Shown here in pieces: positions 1 to 9,118 of a DNA stretch of 64,000 nucleotides (its first letter is position 1; every line of letters begins with the position of its first letter). Under the pieces are notes generated by a model that saw nothing but the letters and a program-made list of their open reading frames with translations, was not told where the DNA came from and did not search any database. Source of the stretch: Thecamonas trahens ATCC 50062 (Eukaryota > Protista > Apusomonadida); contig NW_013657644.1 in NCBI RefSeq assembly GCF_000142905.1, positions 115,697 through 179,696 on the forward strand, read 5' to 3'. Both the position numbers and the translations under genes were made by a program.

Positions 1-188
1 CCCCCATCTCCATCCCTGGCCACATCCACACCGCCATCACCCACACCCCCACGCCCTCTATCTCGTAGAGTGATGATGGTCAGCCCTAGTCACCCCCCCA
101 CACACACAACCACACAACCACACACACACACACACCACACACACCGCCACCCCTCCTCCCCCCCCCACCCACCACCACCACCACCACC

Positions 189-1430
189 ATGGCCACCTCG
201 CACCAGTCCCGCAGCAGCGTGTGCGGACACCGGGTGAGCGAGGCAGGAGCCACGGGTGCGAGCGTCCTGCGCGGCGCACTGGACGACGCCAAGCAGGCCA
301 CCGTCCTGGCCCGGACCGTACTCCGGCACGGGTACAACCACAAGACCATCTTCCTCATCCCCCACATGACGCCAGTCTCGCCTGCCGCAGACGAGGCCTT
401 GGTGGATCTCTTGGCCCACATCAGTCCGGTCTCGTACCTCTCGGCTGCGGCGCTTCCGCTGGCTGCTCTGCTCGACGAGGCGGCGGGGGCGGCCCTGGCG
501 GCGGCACAGGCCACTGTGCTCTCCGATGGGCGGCTGGACGGCCGTGGCGTGGTCGGCATCACCGGTGGCAGCCGCATGGTCATCCATCTCAGCCATGGTC
601 CGTACACCTCGCTCGGCATCGAGGGGAGCAAAGCCAAGTTCCCGGCCCGGGTCGGGGCTCGGGCGGCAAAGACGCGCCGCATCGTCGTTGACTCGCGCAG
701 CAGCCCGCCCAAGGCCCTAGCCCGTGCCCGCGCCATGCTCGCCCGGCCTAACGTTGCGCCTGTCCGCCTTCTTGCCACCGCCCGCTTCCGCCGCAAACAC
801 TCGGATCCGTCCGCCTGTCAGGCCGCCGACCTCGCTGCGGTTGCCGACGCCCTCGCCGCCGCTGCCGCCGACGCTGATGTCGCCGTCAAGACTGTCGAAC
901 CAGACTCGGTCCTTCTCCTCGCCGACCTAGCTCTAGGCCTGGATCCGGCGACCACACGCCTTCCCATTCTCGACCTCGCCGCGCCAGACCTCGCTCACGA
1001 GGTGGCCTGGGAGTGGCTCGCCGGCCTTGCCCTTGGCCTGCCGTTGGTTGTCGCGCCGGATTGTGTGCCGTCAGGCCGCTACCTCAACGAGTCGCCCGGC
1101 GCACCGGCCGACGCTGCGCTCCCGCCGCCCAGTGGTGCCGGAGCGTGGGACGTGCGGCGCGTGAGCTTGGCCGGCCTCATCGACGCCGACTACCTCTGGG
1201 CCGCCATCTCGGCTGCCGGCGAGTGGATGCAATCGCCGGCGGCCGCCGCCGCGAGCGTCCCTTGGCTCGCTGTGGCGGTCATCGGCTTTGAGGACGCGCC
1301 GACGTCGTGGGGCAAGTGCGAGCACGGGGTTCAGACCTCGGGCGAGAACCACTACACGGTTGTCATCTTTCCGGACGGCGGCTACACAGTGTACACCGGG
1401 CTCGGCGACGCTGACACGTTCACCCGCTGA
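189..1430 (+). CDS. RPP40: Ribonuclease P/MRP subunit p40
   Basis: C-terminus WLAVAVIGFEDAPTSWGKCEHGVQTSGENHYTVVIF matches the Rpp40 motif (V.GF.D.P.SW...EHG....GE..Y..VIF). N-terminal HGYNHKTIFLIP also fits. Confidence 0.85.
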   Translation: MATSHQSRSSVCGHRVSEAGATGASVLRGALDDAKQATVLARTVLRHGYNHKTIFLIPHMTPVSPAADEALVDLLAHISPVSYLSAAALPLAALLDEAAGAALAAAQATVLSDGRLDGRGVVGITGGSRMVIHLSHGPYTSLGIEGSKAKFPARVGARAAKTRRIVVDSRSSPPKALARARAMLARPNVAPVRLLATARFRRKHSDPSACQAADLAAVADALAAAAADADVAVKTVEPDSVLLLADLALGLDPATTRLPILDLAAPDLAHEVAWEWLAGLALGLPLVVAPDCVPSGRYLNESPGAPADAALPPPSGAGAWDVRRVSLAGLIDADYLWAAISAAGEWMQSPAAAAASVPWLAVAVIGFEDAPTSWGKCEHGVQTSGENHYTVVIFPDGGYTVYTGLGDADTFTR

Positions 1431-1528
1431 CGGCGCGGCCGAACCCTCTCCACCATCAATGAAGTGCATGCAGACAAGACTGATCTGACCGCGGCTGCGC
1501 GGCGTGGCGAAAGTGTGATGTGCAATTA

Positions 1529-3589
1529 TTATCGTTGTGAGAGAGAAGGAGGTGCCCGCGAGGGCGTCGATGGCGAGCTCCGCGAGGAGGCGAGCTCCTT
1601 GAACGGCGACGACGAAGGGATGGTCGCGGCGGTGCCCGGGGAGCGGCCGAGTGTAGCGGCAGCCTGGCCAGCTGACGACTCGGAGCCAACTGAGAGGCGC
1701 ATGGCTGCGAGCGAGGGCGATGCCGAGCTCCGCTTGGCGCTTAGGGAGTGGAAGCCGGAAGGCGAGGCCCGAACAGTGGGCGGCGTCTGCGACGAGCTTC
1801 CGGCCATAATGTCAGCGGCATAGCCTGCGGCGTGCGCATTGACCACGTTGAGTAGGTCCGGCCGCGAGAGGCTCATGACACGGGTCAGCTGCGCCACCTC
1901 GTTGGACGATGCCAGCACAACCGGCGGCGTCCGCTTGAGCTCGAGCCGCATCGGCGCAGCCTCGAGCCCGCCCGGCTCGTCGCGGACCAGCGCCGGCGCA
2001 GATGAGAGTGACGGCAGGTCCGGCGAGACGAGCGGCCGTCGCTTTTTGCTTGGAGGACCGCCGGTCGAGCCGGTCGACGAGAGTGATGAGCCCGGCCGTG
2101 AGCTTGGCCGCGAGCCGGTCGGCGGCGACGACGTCGGTGGCAGCTCGATGTCGAGCCCGCGCTTGCGCGAGCGCTTGACCGCCATGCCCGGCGGCGATGC
2201 AAGACCGTCGAGATCGAGCCCGCTCGAGCCGCCGGACAACGCTGCGGCCTCGAGCGTGTCTGCCATGGACTCGGCCTCGCTCGGCGACGCCACAGAGTCG
2301 CCATCGCCCGAGAACGAGAACGAGTCCAGCGTCTCCATTGTCTCCAGCGGCGGCGGATTGGGCGCGCGCACGATCTTGCGCCGCAACGGCAGCGAGAGCA
2401 ACGGCGATGGTGCAGGGTCGGCGTCGCGGCCCTTGGCTTCGGTCCGGCCAGCGCCGCCACTCGCCACCTCGAGCGCTGGCAGCGCCGACGCCCGGCGCCG
2501 CAGCGATGGATTCTCGCCATCCTCACCCTCCGGCGGCGAGCGTGAGCTTGCCGTCCGTCCCGTGCTCGGCGCGTTGAGCGCCAGTAGCCGGAGCGCAGCC
2601 ACGGCGGCCGACGAGTCTGACTTGGCGCGGCCAACCGTGAGTCCGCTTGCGAGCTGGCTAGCTTTGCTCTTGCCTCGTGAGCTAGGCTTCGCCTTGCGCG
2701 CCGATGGCTTGATAAAGGTGGTGGGCGGCGGCGAGGTCGACGACGACTTGGAGTGCGAGATCGACTTGGACTTGCTCCGCGAGGCCGAGCCATGCTTGGT
2801 CTTGGATGGGCCGCCGGCCTTTTCGGCGGCAGAGGCAGCTGCAGCCGCAGCGCGCGCCGCGGCAGCCTTGGACACCTTGGGCTTCTTGGGCTTGACCCGG
2901 ATGAGGATGACGTCATCGCGGCCGCGCAGTGAGGCCAGAGTCGGAGTCTCCGTGTTTTGCTGCTCCTTGGTAGTCAGGCGAGCCTTGACCTGGTTGTTGT
3001 CGCGAGTCCGCCAGGCCTCACCGGCGTCGGCCTGCCATGTCCCCGAATCCAGCAGATTCTTACACAGATCGCACTGGCCTCGGCAGGTGTCAAAGTGGTG
3101 GTAGTGGATGGGAAAGGCCTTCTCGTGCCGCTCGACAGCCTGCTTTCGGTTGGCCGGCCGCGGCGACGACGAGTAGTACCCGCACCCCAGGTGGCGGCAC
3201 ATAAAGTCGTCGCGCCCGCCGCCGGTGGCGGACCACTCGCCGGCCTCGACCAGCGACTTACATCGGAGGCAAGTCTCGCTGTGCTGTGCAAAGTGCTCCG
3301 CGTGCTCCTTGAACCTTGCCTCGTGCCGGTGCATCAGCCGCTCGCCAAGATCGATCGGCACCACATGCTGGCATCCGTGGTGTGAGCAGATGTAGTACGC
3401 CACCCGCTTGCTGCCCGAGCTCCGCGGCCTGCCAGGCCCGCGCTTGCCCGATGGCGTCGGCAGTCCCGACTCGCTCAGCGGGCGGGCGCCAAGTGGCCTC
3501 GCCGCCGACCTACTCCGCGTGCTACTGCCGGGCTTCTTGGCCACCGGCTTCAACGGCAAACTGCCGTCGTCTTGTCCAGACGATGCCAT
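1529..3589 (-). CDS. AT-hook protein with two tandem Cys/His zinc-finger-like modules and a long low-complexity Ser/Pro/Lys tail (putative DNA-binding protein)
   Basis: Long ORF, first ATG at 3589. AT-hook KRGPGRPR, then two repeats of CxHxGC...RHExxFxxHxxHF...CxxCKxLxxxGxW. NLS-like PPSKKRR. Confidence 0.7.
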   Translation of the reverse strand: MASSGQDDGSLPLKPVAKKPGSSTRSRSAARPLGARPLSESGLPTPSGKRGPGRPRSSGSKRVAYYICSHHGCQHVVPIDLGERLMHRHEARFKEHAEHFAQHSETCLRCKSLVEAGEWSATGGGRDDFMCRHLGCGYYSSSPRPANRKQAVERHEKAFPIHYHHFDTCRGQCDLCKNLLDSGTWQADAGEAWRTRDNNQVKARLTTKEQQNTETPTLASLRGRDDVILIRVKPKKPKVSKAAAARAAAAAASAAEKAGGPSKTKHGSASRSKSKSISHSKSSSTSPPPTTFIKPSARKAKPSSRGKSKASQLASGLTVGRAKSDSSAAVAALRLLALNAPSTGRTASSRSPPEGEDGENPSLRRRASALPALEVASGGAGRTEAKGRDADPAPSPLLSLPLRRKIVRAPNPPPLETMETLDSFSFSGDGDSVASPSEAESMADTLEAAALSGGSSGLDLDGLASPPGMAVKRSRKRGLDIELPPTSSPPTGSRPSSRPGSSLSSTGSTGGPPSKKRRPLVSPDLPSLSSAPALVRDEPGGLEAAPMRLELKRTPPVVLASSNEVAQLTRVMSLSRPDLLNVVNAHAAGYAADIMAGSSSQTPPTVRASPSGFHSLSAKRSSASPSLAAMRLSVGSESSAGQAAATLGRSPGTAATIPSSSPFKELASSRSSPSTPSRAPPSLSQR

Positions 3590-3861
3590 AACGTGGCTGC
3601 AGCCCTTGGCCTCTGAGCGCGTCGAAAGCAACGGTCAGTCACCGAGACTAGGCACTGCCGAAGAGCGCTTCGCGATGACGGTATTCAGACACAGGTACAG
3701 CAGCACCGGTGACTGAGAGCCTCTCCCTCTACTGATACAGCAAGCTGTTGTATGCAGAGGAAGTAGCGATGAGTGGGTGTACAAGTAGAGCACCAATGGT
3801 GTCACCGGTCACCCTCTGCCCCAGCCGTGCGACGAGCTGGTCTTGGTCGTTGGTCGTTAGT

Positions 3862-3960
3862 CCGTTACTCCGCAGCCTTCAAAATTTTAAACGGTTGTCA
3901 ACCGCCAAAAAGCCCAGAAAGACGGCGCCAAACAGATGAATGAACTCTCGCGCCAAACAG
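3862..3960. promoter_or_regulatory. Cluster of E2F-, CHR- and MYB-like motifs upstream of the zinc-finger gene
   Basis: CCGTTA 3862-3867, TTCAAA 3878-3883, AACGG 3890-3894, and GCGCCAAA at 3925-3932 and 3950-3957 (11-bp direct repeat GCGCCAAACAG), in an AT-richer island. Confidence 0.4.
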
Positions 3961-4739
3961 TATGGGGGGGGGGGGAGTTTGCCGTCAATTTTTTTCTCTC
4001 GGACGGCGGGTGGGGGGTGGGGGAAGGGGGGTGCGGGTGGTGAAGGCGGGGTGGAGGTAGAAAGTAGTGTGTTGTTGTGCGGAAGGAGAAAGGAGTGGGA
4101 GGTGGAGAGAGCGAGTGGAAGGGAGGTGGAGAGAGGGGAGAGGATGTAGATGAGGTGCAATCGATGGGTATGGAGTGGGTGGAGTGGCCTTGGTGCTTTT
4201 CTGCACTGCCTGCCTGGCTTGCCATCCCGAGACGAGCGAGGCGACACAGGATGTCCCAATCGCGCCTTCCGTGCCATGCAGCCCCCCACCCCGCCATCCT
4301 GTGCGAGAACAAATAGATGTGATACAGCATGAGTAAACAGAGGCAGGGGCTATTGCCTGGCGTGGGGATGTCGACCGGGAGGCGGCGTGTGTTTGTGACC
4401 TTGTCTGCAGGCTACTGCGGGCTGCTTTTGCCGCCGCCCACAGTCATCCCCTGTTCCTCGCACGCTCGCCCACACACGCGGCGGCGGTCGTGCCCAGGCC
4501 AGACCATTTCCCGAGCAGATTGCGGGCGATCAGAGCTGGAATGCAAGCGAACAGAGATAAGCCAGTTGAGATCGGCTGGATTGCAGCGATGGGCGGTGAC
4601 TCGGGATGAAAAGGGCGAGAGGGATGGATGGGCGGCTGGTGCCGCCTGCGCGGTAAGAGACGCCAGGACAACAGCTTTCCATGACCTCGTGCGTGGCAAA
4701 GCGGCTAACGATAAGGTCAGCTTGAGGGGGGAGGGGGGG

Positions 4740-5967
4740 CTGTCTACATGCGCCCTACAGGTCAGTGTGGGTTTGGGCTTTCAGAAGTCAGCCGATGGCG
4801 CACTCGGGGTGGGTGCTGTGGCGGCGGGCGAGCCGAGCCATCTGCTGGGATCGCGCAACACTTGGCCGGGTCCGACTAGCGCAGGACAAGCAAGGAGCGG
4901 GGAGCGATGACGGGGGGTTACGCTGTCTACATGCGCCCTACAGGTCAGTGTGGGTTTGGGCTTTCAGAAGTCAGCCGATGGCGCACTCGGGGTGGGTGCT
5001 GTGGCGGCGGGCGAGCCGAGCCATCTGCTGGGATCGCGCAACACTTGGCCGGGTCCGACTAGCGCAGGACAAGCAAGGAGCGGGGAGCGATGACGGGGGG
5101 TTACGCTGTCTACATGCGCCCTACAGGTCAGTGTGGGTTTGGGCTTTCAGAAGTCAGCCGATGGCGCACTCGGGGTGGGTGCTGTGGCGGCGGGCGAGCC
5201 GAGCCATCTGCTGGGATCGCGCAACACTTGGCCGGGTCCGACTAGCGCAGGACAAGCAAGGAGCGGGGAGCGACGACGGGGGGTTACGCAACACGTCCCA
5301 ACAGCGCCGACTAGCACAGGACAAGCAAGGAGCGGGGAGCGATGACGGGGGGTTACGCTGTCTACATGCGCCCTACAGGTCAGTGTGGGTTTGGGCTTTC
5401 AGAAGTCAGCCGATGGCGCACTCGGGGTGGGTGCTGTGGCGGCGGGCGAGCCGAGCCATCTGCTGGGATCGCGCAACACTTGGCCGGGTCCGACTAGCGC
5501 AGGACAAGCAAGGAGCGGGGAGCGATGACGGGGGGTTACGCTGTCTACATGCGCCCTACAGGTCAGTGTGGGTTTGGGCTTTCAGAAGTCAGCCGATGGC
5601 GCACTCGGGGTGGGTGCTGTGGCGGCGGGCGAGCCGAGCCATCTGCTGGGATCGCGCAACACTTGGCCGGGTCCGACTAGCGCAGGACAAGCAAGGAGCG
5701 GGGAGCGACGACGGGGGGTTACGCTGTCTACATGCGCCCTACAGGTCAGTGTGGGTTTGGGCTTTCAGAAGTCAGCCGATGGCGCACTCGGGGTGGGTGC
5801 TGTGGCGGCGGGCGAGCCGAGCCATCTGCTGGGATCGCGCAACACTTGGCCGGGTCCGACTAGCGCAGGACAAGCAAGGAGCGGGGAGCGATGACGGGGG
5901 GTTACGCTGTCTACATGCGCCCTACAGGTCAGTGTGGGTTTGGGCTTCCAGCAGTCAGCCGATGGCG
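4740..5967. repeat. 183-bp tandem repeat (6 near-identical full units, one 69-bp diverged partial unit and a terminal partial unit)
   Basis: TGTCTACATG recurs at 4741, 4924, 5107, 5359, 5542, 5725 and 5908 (spacing 183, once 252). Confidence 0.95.
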
Positions 5968-6462
5968 TAATCGCGGTGGTGTGTCGAGCTCAACAGCCCA
6001 CCAATCGGAGCCGATCATGCGCTGCCCAACCTTCTCTCCCACCACAGACAGCCCCTTTTCCACATCCACAGCTCAGTCCAACCCCTCACCCCCACCCCCC
6101 ATCACCTCCTACATCACACTACCCCTTCTCTCCATCACCTCTCCACCTACCAACCCATCCACCCCGCTGAACTCTATCCATCGCGCCACCGGAACGCTAG
6201 CTGTGGCTCGAAATCGCAGACGGATGATCGCGCGAACCTCCTGCGCCTGCCCCAGCCCACTACAAGCACCCTCTCCCTGTGTCACGCCGCACCATGCCCA
6301 TCACACCGGCGATCTAGCCTTCCACATCCCCTCATGCACCTCTCCATCTTGGTCCAACTCTAGATCGGCACTGATACTCCCCTGGACCCTTCCGAGTCCA
6401 CCGCCCGGGCGCCGGCCAACGGACTCGGGCGCGGCCTGAGGGGGGCGCACACTCGTCGGCGC

Positions 6463-8124
6463 ATGATGAAAAAGCGCGCGGAGCGCGGCGGGGGCGTAGC
6501 ATTTGGACGTGCGCTATGTGCTGCTGGTCAACTGGCTTTGCCTGGAGCCCCACTTCCGTCCAACGGGGTCTTTGCTGCCCTCCGTCCGCACGCCACCGTC
6601 ACCGTCACCGGCTCGACCCGGCTCCCGCCCGGCCACCGCGCTGCCCTCATCGCCACACTGCCCAAGCACCACGGCCTGACCGCCTTTCACTACGCTGGCG
6701 AGCACCGCCGGGTCGAGGCAGTGTCGGCGGCTCGCGCTGCAGCCTACGATGCACTGATGGAAAACCCGGATGCGACGTACGATCCTGACGTCGACTGGTG
6801 GCGAGCTCCGCCGCGGCGGAGCGTCGCTGATGGTGCTGCACGCCAAGGCGCGCCGCAAACGCGATCATTGCGCCGGACGCGGCATGGTGCGACTCGCAAT
6901 GCAAAGACTACCGCCTTTGAGCGCGCCCTAGTTGATGCGCTGCGAGTCCATGTCGCTGCCTCGCACAACCTTGTCCGCCTCTCGTTTGAGGGCACCAAGC
7001 TCGGGCCTGATGCACTGGCCAAACTGGCGGCGGGCATCACCGACAACCGTGGCTCACTCGAGAGGCTTTCGCTGGCAGCCACAGGGCTCACTGACGACGG
7101 TATGCTCAACTGGGTGGCGCCTGCGCTCGCGCGCTCGCCCTCAATCCGAGTCGTGGACCTCTCCGCGAACGCGCTTGGCGAGGCCGGCGCCAAGCGGCTC
7201 GGCCTCCTCCTTCACGCCCAGTCGCAGGCCCGGCATGCCCAGGTGTGGGAAACCTCGCTTCGCGACGAGCCGGGACTGCCAAGCTCTCACGCGCCGGGAA
7301 TCCTCAGGCTCACACTTGCGTTTAACCGGGTGACCGGCGTCGGTGCTGCCGCCCTCGCCGCTGGCCTCCGCGACGACCAGTGGTTCGAGCACCTCGACCT
7401 CCGCTATAACAGAGTGACCCAGATCGGCGTCGACGCCTTCAACTTGGTCGTGCCGTCGACGTGCCTGGCTGACCTTGCTCTCGATGGCAACGCACCAGAC
7501 CTTGATTGCCACACCGTCGATGCGCTAGCGGCCACGCTTGTCGACAACGCCACACGTGCCGAAGCCCGCCTGCAGCGCGCGCTCGCTGGGCCGCCTGCAT
7601 CCAGCCGCCCGCACTTTGATGCCTCGCCCACTCGCCAGCGTGATCCTGTCGTCGAGGCGCTCTTCTACGAGTCCTCACCGGCACCGGCACGGTCACCGCC
7701 GACTTCGCCGCGCCGCGCCGCACGCCCTCGCTCGTCGGCCGCAGCCCGTGCCCGCGCCACTGAGGCCCGCGCCGAGCGCAAGCGGGTCAAGGCTCTCGTC
7801 ACCTCGCTCCACCAGCGGCTTGACGACCAGGATCGCGAGCGTGCCGCCGAGCGTGCTCAGCTCGAGCAGACACAGCTGTTGGTTCGGAGTCTGGCGGCAA
7901 CCGGCGGCTTGCCGCGCCATCGACCGTCTGGCCAGTCGTCGGCGTCGTCGCCATACCTGCACTCAATCCGCTCATCGCTTGCTTCTGCTGATGCATCACT
8001 TCTCGCTAACCGCGAGCAAATGATGGATCTGCTCGAGTCGACCGTCGAGGGCTTCCACACCTTCCTCGACAATCTTGGGGCCGCACTTACCGAGGAGGCA
8101 AGCGATGCGCCACGCGGCTATTGA
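6463..8124 (+). CDS. CEP78: Centrosomal protein CEP78 (RI-like LRRs plus coiled coil)
   Basis: LRRs (LERLSLAATGLTDDG, VVDLSANALG), and segment ARHAQVWETSLR...GILRLTLAFN...LAAGLRDDQWFEHLDL resembling CEP78 RHEETWAESLR...GLRRITLNCN...DLWLRALDL. Confidence 0.75.
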   Translation: MMKKRAERGGGVAFGRALCAAGQLALPGAPLPSNGVFAALRPHATVTVTGSTRLPPGHRAALIATLPKHHGLTAFHYAGEHRRVEAVSAARAAAYDALMENPDATYDPDVDWWRAPPRRSVADGAARQGAPQTRSLRRTRHGATRNAKTTAFERALVDALRVHVAASHNLVRLSFEGTKLGPDALAKLAAGITDNRGSLERLSLAATGLTDDGMLNWVAPALARSPSIRVVDLSANALGEAGAKRLGLLLHAQSQARHAQVWETSLRDEPGLPSSHAPGILRLTLAFNRVTGVGAAALAAGLRDDQWFEHLDLRYNRVTQIGVDAFNLVVPSTCLADLALDGNAPDLDCHTVDALAATLVDNATRAEARLQRALAGPPASSRPHFDASPTRQRDPVVEALFYESSPAPARSPPTSPRRAARPRSSAAARARATEARAERKRVKALVTSLHQRLDDQDRERAAERAQLEQTQLLVRSLAATGGLPRHRPSGQSSASSPYLHSIRSSLASADASLLANREQMMDLLESTVEGFHTFLDNLGAALTEEASDAPRGY

Positions 8125-8634
8125 GCTCGGCTGCCAACAGCTGTGCAAAGCTGGCGACAGTCACTCCAGCTTCGACCTCACGATCTGATCGAGCCATCGC
8201 TGCCTCGACCACCTCCTGCGGCAGATCCGGAAACAGGCGGACCGTGAGCTCAAAGGCGTCTCCGCCCGAGAGAAGCATGCTCGCGTCCAGCCCTGCATAC
8301 GCCTCACGCCACGCACTCCCGGCGGACATTGCATTGTAGGCACACGCCGTGATAAACTCCATCGACCGCCCCAGCACATGCGTTCCAGAGTCTACGGCAT
8401 CAAAGCTGTCCGCGCCCAAGCGCCAGGATCATATGCCGCTGTGTGAGTCTATCGCCGCTCCCACGACCACGCCCTTGCTCGCCCACCCGCACCCGGTACA
8501 ACATACTACGCCGCCAGAAACGCAGCAGGCTTCTCCGGCAGGACCTCTGCGGCCAACGTCAGCGCATCGTTGAGAAAGACATCGATGCCATGCTCCGCTG
8601 CATGCCTCGCCACCACCACCACCACCACCGCCAT
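8087..8634 (-). CDS. CSTPP1 (C11orf49)/TPGS1-like tubulin polyglutamylase complex regulator; exons 8634-8507 and 8405-8087, start uncertain
   Basis: Intron 8506-8406 (GTATGT...GACTCAC...CAG) joins PEKPAAFLAAY|FDAVDSGTHVLGRSMEFITACAYN...LFPDLP, similar to CSTPP1 YFNSVCQGTHILFREFSFV...LCPDFP. Confidence 0.65.
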
Positions 8635-8659
8635 CGTGAGACCACATGCGACCATTCCC

Positions 8660-8790
8660 AGCCCAATCACCAGCATCACAAATCACCAGCATCGCACATC
8701 ACACATCCCCATCATCACCAGCATCACACATCACACATCCCCATCATCACCAGCACCACACATCACCAGCACCACACATCGAGCATCCCC
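8660..8790. repeat. Short degenerate CA-rich tandem repeat (catcaccagca/cacatc units)
   Basis: Repeated catcaccagcatcacacatcacacatccc motifs are visible directly. Confidence 0.7.
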
Positions 8791-9118
8791 ATCTCCATCA
8801 GTCAGTCCCTCTATCCCTGTCCCCTCCCCTTCGCCCACTCCCCCCCACCCCCTCCCCCCAACCACCACCACTACCACCACTACCCACTCCCTCCCTTAGC
8901 CCATACCCAAATACTCTCCCATCCTACACCCACCTCACCCACACCCTCAATCCGCTCTGTACACTCAGACTCGAGTGTCCCTTACCCTCCCCCCCCCCCC
9001 CCTCCCGCCACACCCTTCCTCCCTCAACACTGTCCCTCGTCGCCTTGGCGCCACCACCACCACCACCACCACCACCACCACTCCTCTCCCCCCTCCCCCC
9101 CCCACCACACACACCAGT

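Noticed and set aside
4765-5970. 401-aa repeat ORF as a real protein
   Set aside because: It arises from a 183-bp (3n) repeat, starts at GTG, has Trp/Arg-rich non-coding-like composition and shows no synonymous divergence pattern.
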